A stretch of DNA of 64,000 nt from an uncultured Clostridia bacterium (GTDB taxonomy: Bacteria; Bacillota; Clostridia; TANB77; UBA1234): positions 31,409 to 95,408 of the forward strand of contig CALXZO010000004.1 in NCBI GenBank assembly GCA_944393265.1. Direction: 5' to 3'. The notes below the pieces were generated by a model, which saw only the letters and a program-made list of their open reading frames with translations, did no database searches and had not been told where the DNA came from. This document shows positions 54,990-64,000 of this stretch, in pieces. Positions within the stretch are counted from its first letter, which is position 1; every line of letters begins with the position of its first letter. Made by a program: the position numbers and the translations under genes.

Positions 54990-55038
54990 TGTACACACTC
55001 CTCCCCGTTATCCTGATATATAGAATAAAGGCAAAAAA

Positions 55039-55953
55039 TCATCTCATAAAGCCACGAATAACTTCTTCTTCAGCTTCAGCCTCAGTAAGTCCAAGCGTCA
55101 TCAGCTTTATTAATTGTTCTCCTGCTATTTTGCCAATTGCTGCTTCATGTACAAGATTTGCATCAATTTGATTTGCCGTAACTTCCGGCCTTGCAACTAC
55201 TTTGCCATTATCTTTTATAATTGCATCGCATTCCGCATGTCCAAAACATTTTGCATTGCCATACATTTTAGATATAAACTCCTGTTTAGAATTTTCTGTC
55301 GCAACAGATCTTGAAACCAAGTGTGCACTTGAATTATCACCATTTAATTCGACTTCAAAAACCGTCTTTGCGTACTGCTCTCCATGTGTCATTATTTTTT
55401 CTGTTACTATTAAATTTGCGTCTTCTAAAATCTCTCCCTTAGTAATTCTCTCTGTTGAATCTACTCCTTTTATTTGAACAGAATCCATATCCAAAGTACT
55501 ACCTTTCTTTAGGTACACCTCTGTAACTGGATTTAATATTCGCTTTCCATTGCCGTCACCTTCACCATAATGCTTTTCAATATACTTAACATATGCACCG
55601 TCTTCAAGGAAGAATCTATGAATTCCATTATGCATCGAATCCTTATGATGCTCATTATGGATTCCACAGCCAGCGATTATATATACTTTCGCATTTTTAC
55701 CTATATAAAAATCATTATACACCGTATCATTAATTCCGCCTTCAGTTATAATTACAGGAATATGCACGAACTCATTCTTAGAATTTTCTTTTACATACAC
55801 ATCAATTCCCGGCTTATCTTGCTTTGTTACAATATTTATATTTTCAGTAACTTTTCTTTCTATTCCTTTCCCATCTTTTCTAATATTGTAAGCACCATTA
55901 AACGTGTCTGTACCAGTAATTTCTTTTAATAGATTTTTATCTGTACTATCCAT
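55039..55953 (-). CDS. sufB: SufB/SufD-family Fe-S scaffold (SmsB-like)
   Basis: GHAECDAII, LVHEAAIGKIAGEQL.KLMTLGL. Confidence 0.85.
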   Translation of the reverse strand: MDSTDKNLLKEITGTDTFNGAYNIRKDGKGIERKVTENINIVTKQDKPGIDVYVKENSKNEFVHIPVIITEGGINDTVYNDFYIGKNAKVYIIAGCGIHNEHHKDSMHNGIHRFFLEDGAYVKYIEKHYGEGDGNGKRILNPVTEVYLKKGSTLDMDSVQIKGVDSTERITKGEILEDANLIVTEKIMTHGEQYAKTVFEVELNGDNSSAHLVSRSVATENSKQEFISKMYGNAKCFGHAECDAIIKDNGKVVARPEVTANQIDANLVHEAAIGKIAGEQLIKLMTLGLTEAEAEEEVIRGFMR

Positions 55954-56668
55954 TTATCGCACCACCTCTCTTAGCTTTACAGCAGCGCTTGTCCACCAAC
56001 ACTTTTTGAACAGCATCATTAGAACCAACTTTCTCAATTTTCCCACCATTCATTAAAATCACAATATCAGCAATATTTAAAATTCTTTCTTGATGTGAAA
56101 TTATAAGCGTTGTGCTATCTTTATTCTTTTCACGCAATGTTTCAAAAACCTCAATCAGATTATTAAAGCTCCACAAATCGATTCCTGCTTCAGGTTCATC
56201 AAAAATAATAAATTTATTATTTTTAACTGCAACTGTTGCAATTTCAATCCTCTTTAGTTCTCCACCAGACAAAGATGCATTAACCTCTCTATCAATGTAC
56301 TCTCTTGCGCATAATCCAACCATTCCAAGAATATCACACGCCTCATTTTTACTTACGTTTCTACCCGCAGAAAGTCTTATCAAATCATATATCGTTATTC
56401 CTTTAAATTTAACAACTTGTTGAAAAGCATAGCCAATTCCCCTTCTTGCTCTTTCATCAATTGTCAAATTTGTAATATCGTCGCCATCAAAAAAAATACG
56501 TCCACTATCAGGTGGCTCTATTCCCATGATAATCTTAGCTAATGTCGACTTTCCAGAGCCATTAGGCCCAGTAACAACAATAACCTGATTGTCAGGAAAT
56601 TCTATGTTTATATTATCTAAAATTTTCTTGTTATCTCTTGTAAAACATACATTCTCTAACTTCAACAT
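55946..56668 (-). CDS. sufC: SufC-like ABC ATPase (SmsC-like)
   Basis: GPNGSGKST, LSGGELKRIE, DEPEAGIDLWSF. Confidence 0.85.
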   Translation of the reverse strand: MLKLENVCFTRDNKKILDNINIEFPDNQVIVVTGPNGSGKSTLAKIIMGIEPPDSGRIFFDGDDITNLTIDERARRGIGYAFQQVVKFKGITIYDLIRLSAGRNVSKNEACDILGMVGLCAREYIDREVNASLSGGELKRIEIATVAVKNNKFIIFDEPEAGIDLWSFNNLIEVFETLREKNKDSTTLIISHQERILNIADIVILMNGGKIEKVGSNDAVQKVLVDKRCCKAKRGGAING

Positions 56669-56764
56669 ATTCTTCGTATATACATCCTCTCTTTATACAT
56701 TTAGTGTGTCCTAAAATCACTACAAGACGTATTTTACCATATCTTTTACCAAAAATACAGTACT

Positions 56765-57619
56765 TTAATATCTAAAAGAACTATTATTTTTCAAAAACCC
56801 CATTCCCGCCATGTAACCAATATTATACAGTTCATCAACTTTTTTAGCATCCAGTAAAGTTACATTTTTAGTTGATATTTCTATCAGTTCATCAGTACCA
56901 TGTACCTCATATTTTTGAAGCTCATTTCCTAAATACCCTATAGAGCATTCAATTACGCTTATCATATTTTTACAGCAATTTTTCTTAGTAATATCCTTAA
57001 AAATAACACTTATAACCTTATCTGCTCCAGCACATTTAAGGACTTTCCATGGTATGTTTTCTCTTATACCTCCATCTACTAATTTAACTCCATTCCAACT
57101 AACTGGTTCAAACACACCAGGATAACTACAGCTTGCCCTAACTGCAGTAGAGACCTCTATTTCACGCACCAACTTAATACCATTATCATAATTACCCATA
57201 GAATTGCTAAACACATATACATTTCCATCGCATAAATCCACACAAGAAATATAAAGAGGAAATTTTATATCGGAAATAAACTTTATGTTCTTTTCTTTGC
57301 ATTTTTGTTGTATAAGATCCTTTAACGCTATTCCTCGTGTTAACCCCTTTATTGTAACGCCATTACCACTAACAATTCCCCAAACTAATTTTAAAATATT
57401 TACACCATCAACATATTTTATATCTTTAGCATATCTTCTAAAGAATTCATAAATCTCAGAAGGTCTAAACCCAATAGCATATAACGTTGCAACAATACTT
57501 CCAGATGAAGCCCCTGAAATCATATCAACTTTTATATTTTTCTCTTCAAAAGCTTTTAGCACTCCAACGTGCGCCACGCCTTTAATTCCACCGCCTGCTA
57601 AAGAAAGACCTATTTTCAT
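56765..57619 (-). CDS. patatin-like phospholipase
   Basis: LAGGGIKG, GASSG, LVDGG. Confidence 0.9.
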   Translation of the reverse strand: MKIGLSLAGGGIKGVAHVGVLKAFEEKNIKVDMISGASSGSIVATLYAIGFRPSEIYEFFRRYAKDIKYVDGVNILKLVWGIVSGNGVTIKGLTRGIALKDLIQQKCKEKNIKFISDIKFPLYISCVDLCDGNVYVFSNSMGNYDNGIKLVREIEVSTAVRASCSYPGVFEPVSWNGVKLVDGGIRENIPWKVLKCAGADKVISVIFKDITKKNCCKNMISVIECSIGYLGNELQKYEVHGTDELIEISTKNVTLLDAKKVDELYNIGYMAGMGFLKNNSSFRY

Positions 57620-57680
57620 ATTAACGTTACCTCCCGTTAATATGATTTATACTCACTTCTCCATCAAAACATTACTATTG

Positions 57681-58256
57681 TCATATGTGAAAAAACCTGG
57701 CTAGCTCTTCTTTCCAATCTTTCCCACAAAGCAAAATTGTCAAAAGAAGTGGTATTAAGCTTATACCGGCCGTTATAGGTATAACAATAACTTTGTGTTT
57801 TCCGTACACCGCAATTATTGTTATAAAAATTAAGCTTAATACGCTAATTAGTAATTGATAAATAGTAAATCTAAAATACTTCTTTCTATTCACAATTGTT
57901 AATACTGACATGCTTAAATTAGCAACAGTCATAACAATTGGAATCGCCAAAGTTATCGACCAGCCACTATAACCAATAATGCAATCAATGGCAAACGTAA
58001 GCGCAGAAATGATAATCAATTGTATCATAACATGTGCCGCAAAATTCATATTCTTTCTTATCGCATAAAGAGTAGTCGTCCAAACATATACTATGCTTGC
58101 TATAACAATTAACGACCATTTCACATTAGGTGTTGTGAGTACATTTATTAAAATACATATAAGGCATATTGCTGTGGAAATAAATAATAGCAATTTTATA
58201 ACCTTATCTTTTTTCTTTACATTACTAATATTAGGATAAAGATTCATATACACCAT
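57681..58256 (-). CDS. membrane protein (DUF6320-like)
   Basis: Six TM segments, EL.RFFHI C-terminus; follows the acyltransferase gene. Confidence 0.75.
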   Translation of the reverse strand: MVYMNLYPNISNVKKKDKVIKLLLFISTAICLICILINVLTTPNVKWSLIVIASIVYVWTTTLYAIRKNMNFAAHVMIQLIIISALTFAIDCIIGYSGWSITLAIPIVMTVANLSMSVLTIVNRKKYFRFTIYQLLISVLSLIFITIIAVYGKHKVIVIPITAGISLIPLLLTILLCGKDWKEELARFFHI

Positions 58257-59512
58257 TACTTTCTATATCAACATTAATTCCACTTTTTCTTAAAAAGTCG
58301 AAAAAAAACGTAGCAATTTCTGTTTCTTTAAGCACTGAAGTAAACGTAAACACAAGTGTATTTTCATAAGAAATTACAGAGCACTTTATTTTTTCGACAG
58401 ACTCGGGGGCAATCAAAAGCAAGAAATTTTGAACATATTTTTTATATGCATCATTTATTTTTACTTGACCTATATTAGAAAGAGTCGTTGTAGTATGTTT
58501 TCTAATTTCTATGTACCCTAGACTCACTGAAAGTTGTTTTAAAAATAAAGGTAAAATTCTGATAAAGAAATTATTTCCTACTTTTATATTTGCAGCCATA
58601 GTTTTTTCTACATTTTCTTTATTCAACTTTTTCTTGTATTCATCCAACACAATTTCTAATATATCTTCAAAAGTATATTCTTTCTTTTTCCTAGTATCTA
58701 TTTCAACACCAATATAAGAAAAGAAATTTGAAGTCGTTTTCGATTCGAAATATTTCTTTAAATCAACAGGAATACATATATTAATAGGCCTTTTCCCATT
58801 ATACTTTTTAAAATTTTTAATATAAATTGAATACGCAAGTACCGCAGTTAAATACTCCGTAATAGTCGATTTTTTTTCTTTTGCTACTTTTTTTAGTTTC
58901 TCTAAATTAATAAATCCATGTATTGTGCCAATTGTATAAAGCGGTAATTTCTTTCCGTGTAAAGTATACGCTCTACCAGAAATATCCCTACTAGCCTTCG
59001 ACTTATTATAATTTTTCAGATAACTGTCTTCTACATTATTCGATAGAATTTTTTCTGTTTCTTGGTATTGATTAATTCCGGTACTTCAGGTCTAAATATT
59101 TATACACTATTTTTTCTAGAAATTTAATAGCGCTGTTACCGTCCGTCAATGAATGAAACATATCTAAATTTATTTTATTTTTGTAATACGTGACCTTAAA
59201 TAAGTAACCATTATTTTCATATTTATCAATATAACGACAAGGATAATCATTTTCAATTTCGACTTTAGGCTTCTTTGTATTTAGTTCAAGATAATGCCAA
59301 AAAAAACCTTTTCTTAATCGAACTTTAAAAGAAATTTGTTCATTAATAACATTTTCAACGGCTTCATTTAGCATGCTTTCATCTATATCTTCACTCAAAA
59401 TAGCCGATACTCTAAAAACAGAGCTAAACTTTTTAGTCGATATCATAGGAAAAATCTTAGCTGAGTTATCTAATTTTCTCCATCTTGTTCTTAACTTTTT
59501 CATAATGCACAT
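58231..59512 (-). CDS. alcohol acetyltransferase / condensation-domain protein, +1 shift at CGG-A (59078-59080)
   Basis: W.KLDNSAKIFP, FHSLTDG; joined LKY-(C)GGA-INQ...VEDSY...IPVDLKKYF.S.T.SNF is open into 58231..58650. Confidence 0.85.
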
Positions 59513-59520
59513 ACCTCTTC

Positions 59521-60397
59521 TTACTTCAATATTTCTCGCACAAGAGCCTCGTAATCCTCCTTAGAATTTTTAACATCATCTATAATCCAATCATGTATTG
59601 CGCCTGCCCTTTCATAAACATTAATATCATTTGAATTAAATTTTTTAGAAAACAGGTGAACGTCTGGATTTAATATATCGTTTGTTCCAGTAAAAATCGA
59701 TAAATTTTTAATCTTATCTGTTGGTCCATTGATAGGACTTACCAAATAATTATCTTGACTATCTTTAGCGCAGTATAATTCTGCACTAACCTTTAGTGCC
59801 AACTTATTTAACGCTTTATCTACTTTTTGCACCTCATCAATTTGCTCATTCTTTAAAGTAATATCAAGCCAAGGTGAAATTAATATCGTCTTTTTTGGCA
59901 CAGCAAAATCTTCGCTTCCCATTTTTTGTACAAGCGCTAATCCGAATAGCCCCACCAGCAGAATCACCAAGCATTATAAAATCTCCTTGCGATGCAACCT
60001 GCCTATATACTTCTTCTCCCATACGAAAAACATCTCTATAATTTCCCTTAGGAACCAAAGGATAATCAGGAAATATTATAACCGCTTTAGTTGATTTTGA
60101 AAGCTTATTAATAAAATTCCAATGATGTAGTGTAATGCCACCAACATATCCACCACCGTGAAAATACAAAATCCTTAAAGAGCTTTCCGGAGCTTCTTTA
60201 TTAGTTATAGTATACACTGTCCTTCCATCAATTTTATATTTTTTTACATTCGCTGTTTTTTTTAGTTCTTTTGTTATTCTCTTTGCTTTGGTACCTTTTG
60301 GCGGCACATAATAATAAGAGAATAGCAGCAATAATACTAAAAGGGCAAAAAGCATAATCATAGCGCCTAGCAATTTAATCAAATAAATCAAATTCAA
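59521..60397 (-). CDS. alpha/beta hydrolase (HSL-type esterase), +1 shift at CGG-A (59942-59944)
   Basis: HGGGY, GDSAGGAI-(C)GGA-LALVQ, LISPWLD, GTNDIL, AIHDW. Confidence 0.88.
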
Positions 60398-60521
60398 ATC
60401 CTCACATTTCTACATATATTATACATAGCTTACTTCAAAAATATTTTACTTTTATTTTATTTATTTTACAACTATAAAATATACATTAATCTGTAATTTC
60501 ACACATATTTCAAAATATTCT

Positions 60522-61214
60522 CTACTCATCTTTTAGTTCATCACTTAATTTATTAATTGCTTTTGTTTCAATTCTTGATACATAGGATCTAGATATTCCA
60601 AGTTCTTTAGCAATTTCATTTTGTGTTTTCGTGTCATTTCCATTTAATCCAAATCTCATTTCTATAATTAATTTTTCCCTGTCTTTAAGAATCTCTCCCA
60701 TTTTTTTATATAACTTTTTTATTTTCATTTTAAGATCAATTTCATCTTCTATGCTCTTAGTATCATTCTCAATAATATCAATAAAAGTCAACTCATTTCC
60801 ATCTTTATCCTCCCCCAAAGCATCATTTAGAGAAAGCTCTTGAGATAATTTTTTAGTACTACGAAGGTGCATCAAAATTTCATTTTCTATGCATCTAGCA
60901 GCATATGTAGCAAGCCTCACTCCCTTTGCTAATTTATAACTATTTATTGCTTTTATAAGTCCTATCGTCCCTATTGAAATTATATCCTCTTGACTAGTCG
61001 AGGAATTAGTATATTTTTTAGCAATATGTGCTACTAATCTTAAGTTCCTTTCTATCAAAACCTTCTTGGCATTTTCATCTCCCTTTTCATATAATTTCAA
61101 ATACATTTCTTCTTCCTCATTAGATAAAGGCTCCGGAAATAAATTATAATTTGCAACATATCCAATCAAAAAAATAAAATCCTTGATAGCATAAAAAAAA
61201 GAAACTAAATCCAT
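60522..61214 (-). CDS. sigK: sporulation sigma factor SigK (pro-form, uninterrupted)
   Basis: FPEPLS.EEE, LIERNLRLVAHIAKKY, LATYAARCIENEILMHLR, GISRSYVSRIE. Confidence 0.9.
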   Translation of the reverse strand: MDLVSFFYAIKDFIFLIGYVANYNLFPEPLSNEEEEMYLKLYEKGDENAKKVLIERNLRLVAHIAKKYTNSSTSQEDIISIGTIGLIKAINSYKLAKGVRLATYAARCIENEILMHLRSTKKLSQELSLNDALGEDKDGNELTFIDIIENDTKSIEDEIDLKMKIKKLYKKMGEILKDREKLIIEMRFGLNGNDTKTQNEIAKELGISRSYVSRIETKAINKLSDELKDE

Positions 61215-61366
61215 TATCACACCCCCGCACATAGATATATATAAATATATTCACGCCTGGCATGTCAGGTTCCAAAGGAGGAGAAACTTTTTCTGTAGAC
61301 ATGGGGGAACTAGCATCCATTATAAAAATATGTTATAATGCTTTGTATTAAAAAAGAAAGGCGTGT

Positions 61367-63070
61367 TTGAATATGTCGTTTGATGGTATTACTACTAGAA
61401 TGGTAGTTAATGAGCTACAGAATATTGTGATAAATAGTCGTGTTGAGAAAATTTTCGTTCCTTCTAAAAATGAGGTTTGGCTTTCCCTTCATACTGCTTC
61501 AAGGGAAAATGTTAAACTTCTTATTTCTGTTGATGCTAATAATTGTAGATTTCATTTGAGTTCTGCTTCTAGGAATAATCCCGAAAAAGCTCCACAATTT
61601 TGCATGATTCTTAGGAAGTATTTAGTTGGTGCCAAGCTTGTAAATATTGAACAAATTGGACTTGATAGAATTATTAAGTTTTCTTTTGAAAATTTTAATG
61701 ATTTTGGAGATATCGTACAAAGAAACTTAGTTGTAGAGCTTATGGGGAAATATAGTAATATAATTCTTCTTGACAATTTTAAAATTTTAGATGCTATAAG
61801 GCACGTTGATATTACGATGAGCTCTGTTAGGGAAGTTTTGCCTTCGAAAAAATATATCTTTCCAAATTCACTGGGGAAATATAATTTTGAAGAGATATCC
61901 TTTGACGAATTTTCTGATATTTTGAGGAATAACATTGCCTCTTCTGAATTTGAGGAAATTTCTGTTGCTAATATCATTTTCAACAATTTTATAGGATTTA
62001 GTAGAACAATCGCATCAACTATTTGCAGGGCTTGTTCTATTCCAAATACTATTTTAAAAAATAATATTGACGATGCTTTAATAAAATATTTACATGAAAA
62101 AATATCACAAGTTCTTGATATGGCAAATAATTCTAGACTTTCTTTTGAACTTACTGAAAATAAAAAAGACTATACAATAAATTTGAATTTCAATGAATTA
62201 AATAATAAAACTTCTTCTTTTTTAGACAATTTCTATACTCAAAAAGAAAATATTTCACTTGTGAAAAACGCCAAGCAAAATCTTGAACGTGAAGTTAATA
62301 TGCATATAAATAAGTTAAATAAGAAGCTGTCTTTAATGCTTGAAACTCTAAATGAAAAATCGAATTTAGAAAAGTATAGACAATTTGGTGAAATAATTAA
62401 CGCAAATATATATAGAATGCAAATAGGTATGGATAAACTAGTCACAGAAAATTTTTATGATAACAATAATACAATCGAAATCCCTTTACAAACAAATCTT
62501 ACTCCTGCAAGGAATGCATCTCTATATTTCAAAAAATACAATAAGCTAAAGAACTCAATTTTACATGCAGAAGAAAACAAACACATATATGAAGATGAGA
62601 TTAATTATTTGACATCCGTACTTTTTGAAATAGACTATTCTGATTCACTTTTTGAGCTTGACGAAATACATGAAGAACTTGCAAATAATGGATATATAAA
62701 AAAGAATAATAAAAAAGGTAAGAAAACAGAGGAACCTTCTAAGCCTCTTGAATTTAAATATAATGATATAAAAATCTTGGTTGGTAAAAATAATGTACAA
62801 AACGATAAATTAACACTTAAGCTTGCAAAGAAAAATTATACATGGCTTCATACTAAAAATGTTCCTGGTAGCCATGTAATAATAGAATCCGAAAATATAG
62901 ATAATTCAACTTTGCTTTATGCTGCGACCCTTGCAAAAGAGCACAGTAGTGCAAAAAATTCTTCAAAAGTTGAAGTAGACTATTGTTTAGTAAAACATGT
63001 GCATAAAGAAAGTGGTGCAAAACCTGGTATGGTTGTATATACAAATTATAAAACAATTATAGTCGATTAA
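61367..63070 (+). CDS. rqcH: RqcH/FbpA (NFACT) ribosome quality-control factor
   Basis: MSFDG, FCMILRKYL, VELMGKYSNI, VGKNNVQND.LT, WLHTKNVPGSHV, GAKPGMVVY. Confidence 0.92.
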   Translation: MNMSFDGITTRMVVNELQNIVINSRVEKIFVPSKNEVWLSLHTASRENVKLLISVDANNCRFHLSSASRNNPEKAPQFCMILRKYLVGAKLVNIEQIGLDRIIKFSFENFNDFGDIVQRNLVVELMGKYSNIILLDNFKILDAIRHVDITMSSVREVLPSKKYIFPNSLGKYNFEEISFDEFSDILRNNIASSEFEEISVANIIFNNFIGFSRTIASTICRACSIPNTILKNNIDDALIKYLHEKISQVLDMANNSRLSFELTENKKDYTINLNFNELNNKTSSFLDNFYTQKENISLVKNAKQNLEREVNMHINKLNKKLSLMLETLNEKSNLEKYRQFGEIINANIYRMQIGMDKLVTENFYDNNNTIEIPLQTNLTPARNASLYFKKYNKLKNSILHAEENKHIYEDEINYLTSVLFEIDYSDSLFELDEIHEELANNGYIKKNNKKGKKTEEPSKPLEFKYNDIKILVGKNNVQNDKLTLKLAKKNYTWLHTKNVPGSHVIIESENIDNSTLLYAATLAKEHSSAKNSSKVEVDYCLVKHVHKESGAKPGMVVYTNYKTIIVD

Positions 63071-63078
63071 ACGTTAGT

Positions 63079-63110
63079 AAGGACGGAGCTATATTCAAAA
63101 CTCCGTCCTT
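63079..63110. terminator. hairpin between convergent rqcH and pyrG
   Basis: aaggacggag/ctccgtcctt 10-bp stem. Confidence 0.6.
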
Positions 63111-63122
63111 CATTATTTAATG

Positions 63123-64000
63123 TTATTGTTTTTTACATGCTTTTATTAGTCCCACAAATAATGGCGCAGGAACATTAGGTCTAGATTTAAATTCTGGGTG
63201 AAATTGAGACGCAACAAAATAAGGATGATCTTTTATCTCAACTATTTCTACTAGTTCGCCATTTGGCGAATATCCAGAACAAACCAACCCTGCTTTTTCT
63301 AACACCTCTTTGTATTCGCTATTATATTCATATCTGTGTCTATGCCTCTCTGAAATAATATCTTTATTATATAATGCCTTTGCTATACTACCATCCTTTA
63401 GAACGCATTCGTACGCACCAAGTCTCATTGTTCCACCTTTTTTATATATAGTCTTTTGACTTTCCATTATATGAATTACTGGATAAGGCGTATTTTCTAA
63501 AAATTCAATAGAATTAGCGTCTCTATATCCTAAAACATTTCTTGCGAATTCAACTACCGCCATCTGCATGCCTAGACAAATTCCGCAAAAAAGGAATTTT
63601 ATTTTCTCTTACAAATCGTATTGTTTCAATCATTCCCTCGATACCTCTCGCACCAAAGCCGCCCAGGAACAATTACCGCATCAATGCCCTTCATATATTC
63701 ATTAACATTTTCTCTTGTTATTTTTTCAGAATCAATAAGTTTTATCTTTACTCCTAAGCCATTTTTATACCCCGCATGCTTAATACTCTCAATTACAGAA
63801 AGATATGAATCTTCTAATCTCGTATATTTCCCGACTATCGCTATATTAACATTTTCACTACTTATGTTTTTTATGTCTTGAATCATTTTTTCCCATCGCT
63901 CGTTTTTTTCCTCAATATTGCTTAAATTTAAATGGCTACATACCTCTTTAGCAAGACCTTCTCTTTCGAACATTAAAGGAACTTCATATAAATTTTCAAC
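63123..64000 (-). CDS. pyrG: CTP synthase, C-terminal part (runs off window); two +1 shifts at CGG-C (63659-63661) and CGG-A (63583-63585)
   Basis: IAIVGKY...DSYLSV; VPG-(C)GGC-FGARG; IPFL-(C)GGA-ICLGMQ; [25 protein letters not shown]. Confidence 0.95.

Noticed and set aside
60522-61214. skin-like element in sigK
   Set aside because: The gene is continuous.
61367-63070. rqcH as part of the recoding system
   Set aside because: It is a widespread core gene of normal length; being next to pyrG is not evidence of a link.
12880-63661. Random sequencing indels or mass pseudogenisation as the cause of the split genes
   Set aside because: All 12 breaks are +1, all can be written as a C at a codon boundary before Gly, long A/T homopolymers in coding regions are unaffected, and pyrG is hit twice. 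Not formally excluded without reads.
12880-63661. Simple triplet reassignment of CGG (to Trp, Gln or Gly)
   Set aside because: Reading CGG as any amino acid stays in the wrong frame and soon hits a stop; a frame change is required.
2040-63881. Many short opposite-strand ORFs in the track
   Set aside because: Antisense shadows of real genes with no RBS or recognisable motifs.

Overview
AT-rich, spore-forming Clostridia-like DNA, almost all genes on the minus strand. Positions ~1-49100 are accessory. They hold small cargo genes, two PstS-like proteins, a umuC/yolD pair and spoVS plus a Spo0E-like gene. They also hold a conjugative element (VirB4, PrgI, VirB6-like, pilin-like, VirD4, ArdC-like, PcfB, MOBP relaxase, MobC, toprim, MmeI-like RM enzyme, SNF2 helicase/methylase, ParB, SpaA-repeat adhesin, sortase) that ends at the 3' end of tRNA-Tyr. 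Positions ~49100-64000 are core genome: tRNA-Tyr, tRNA-Ile2, a class III RNR operon, a CDF transporter, sufCB-like genes, patatin, sigK, rqcH and pyrG. Main result: 11 genes are broken at 12 sites by the same event. At each site an in-frame CGG codon must be read as the four bases CGG-N = Gly (one base skipped, +1 frame) to restore the protein. This happens twice in CTP synthase and once each in VirB4, VirD4 and the VirB6-like gene. In a manual scan I found no in-frame CGG in any intact gene, while out-of-frame CGG is common and harmless. This points to a codon-specific +1 recoding system (CGG lost as an Arg codon, CGGN read as Gly) rather than random pseudogenisation. A sequencing artefact still has to be excluded with reads or proteomics.
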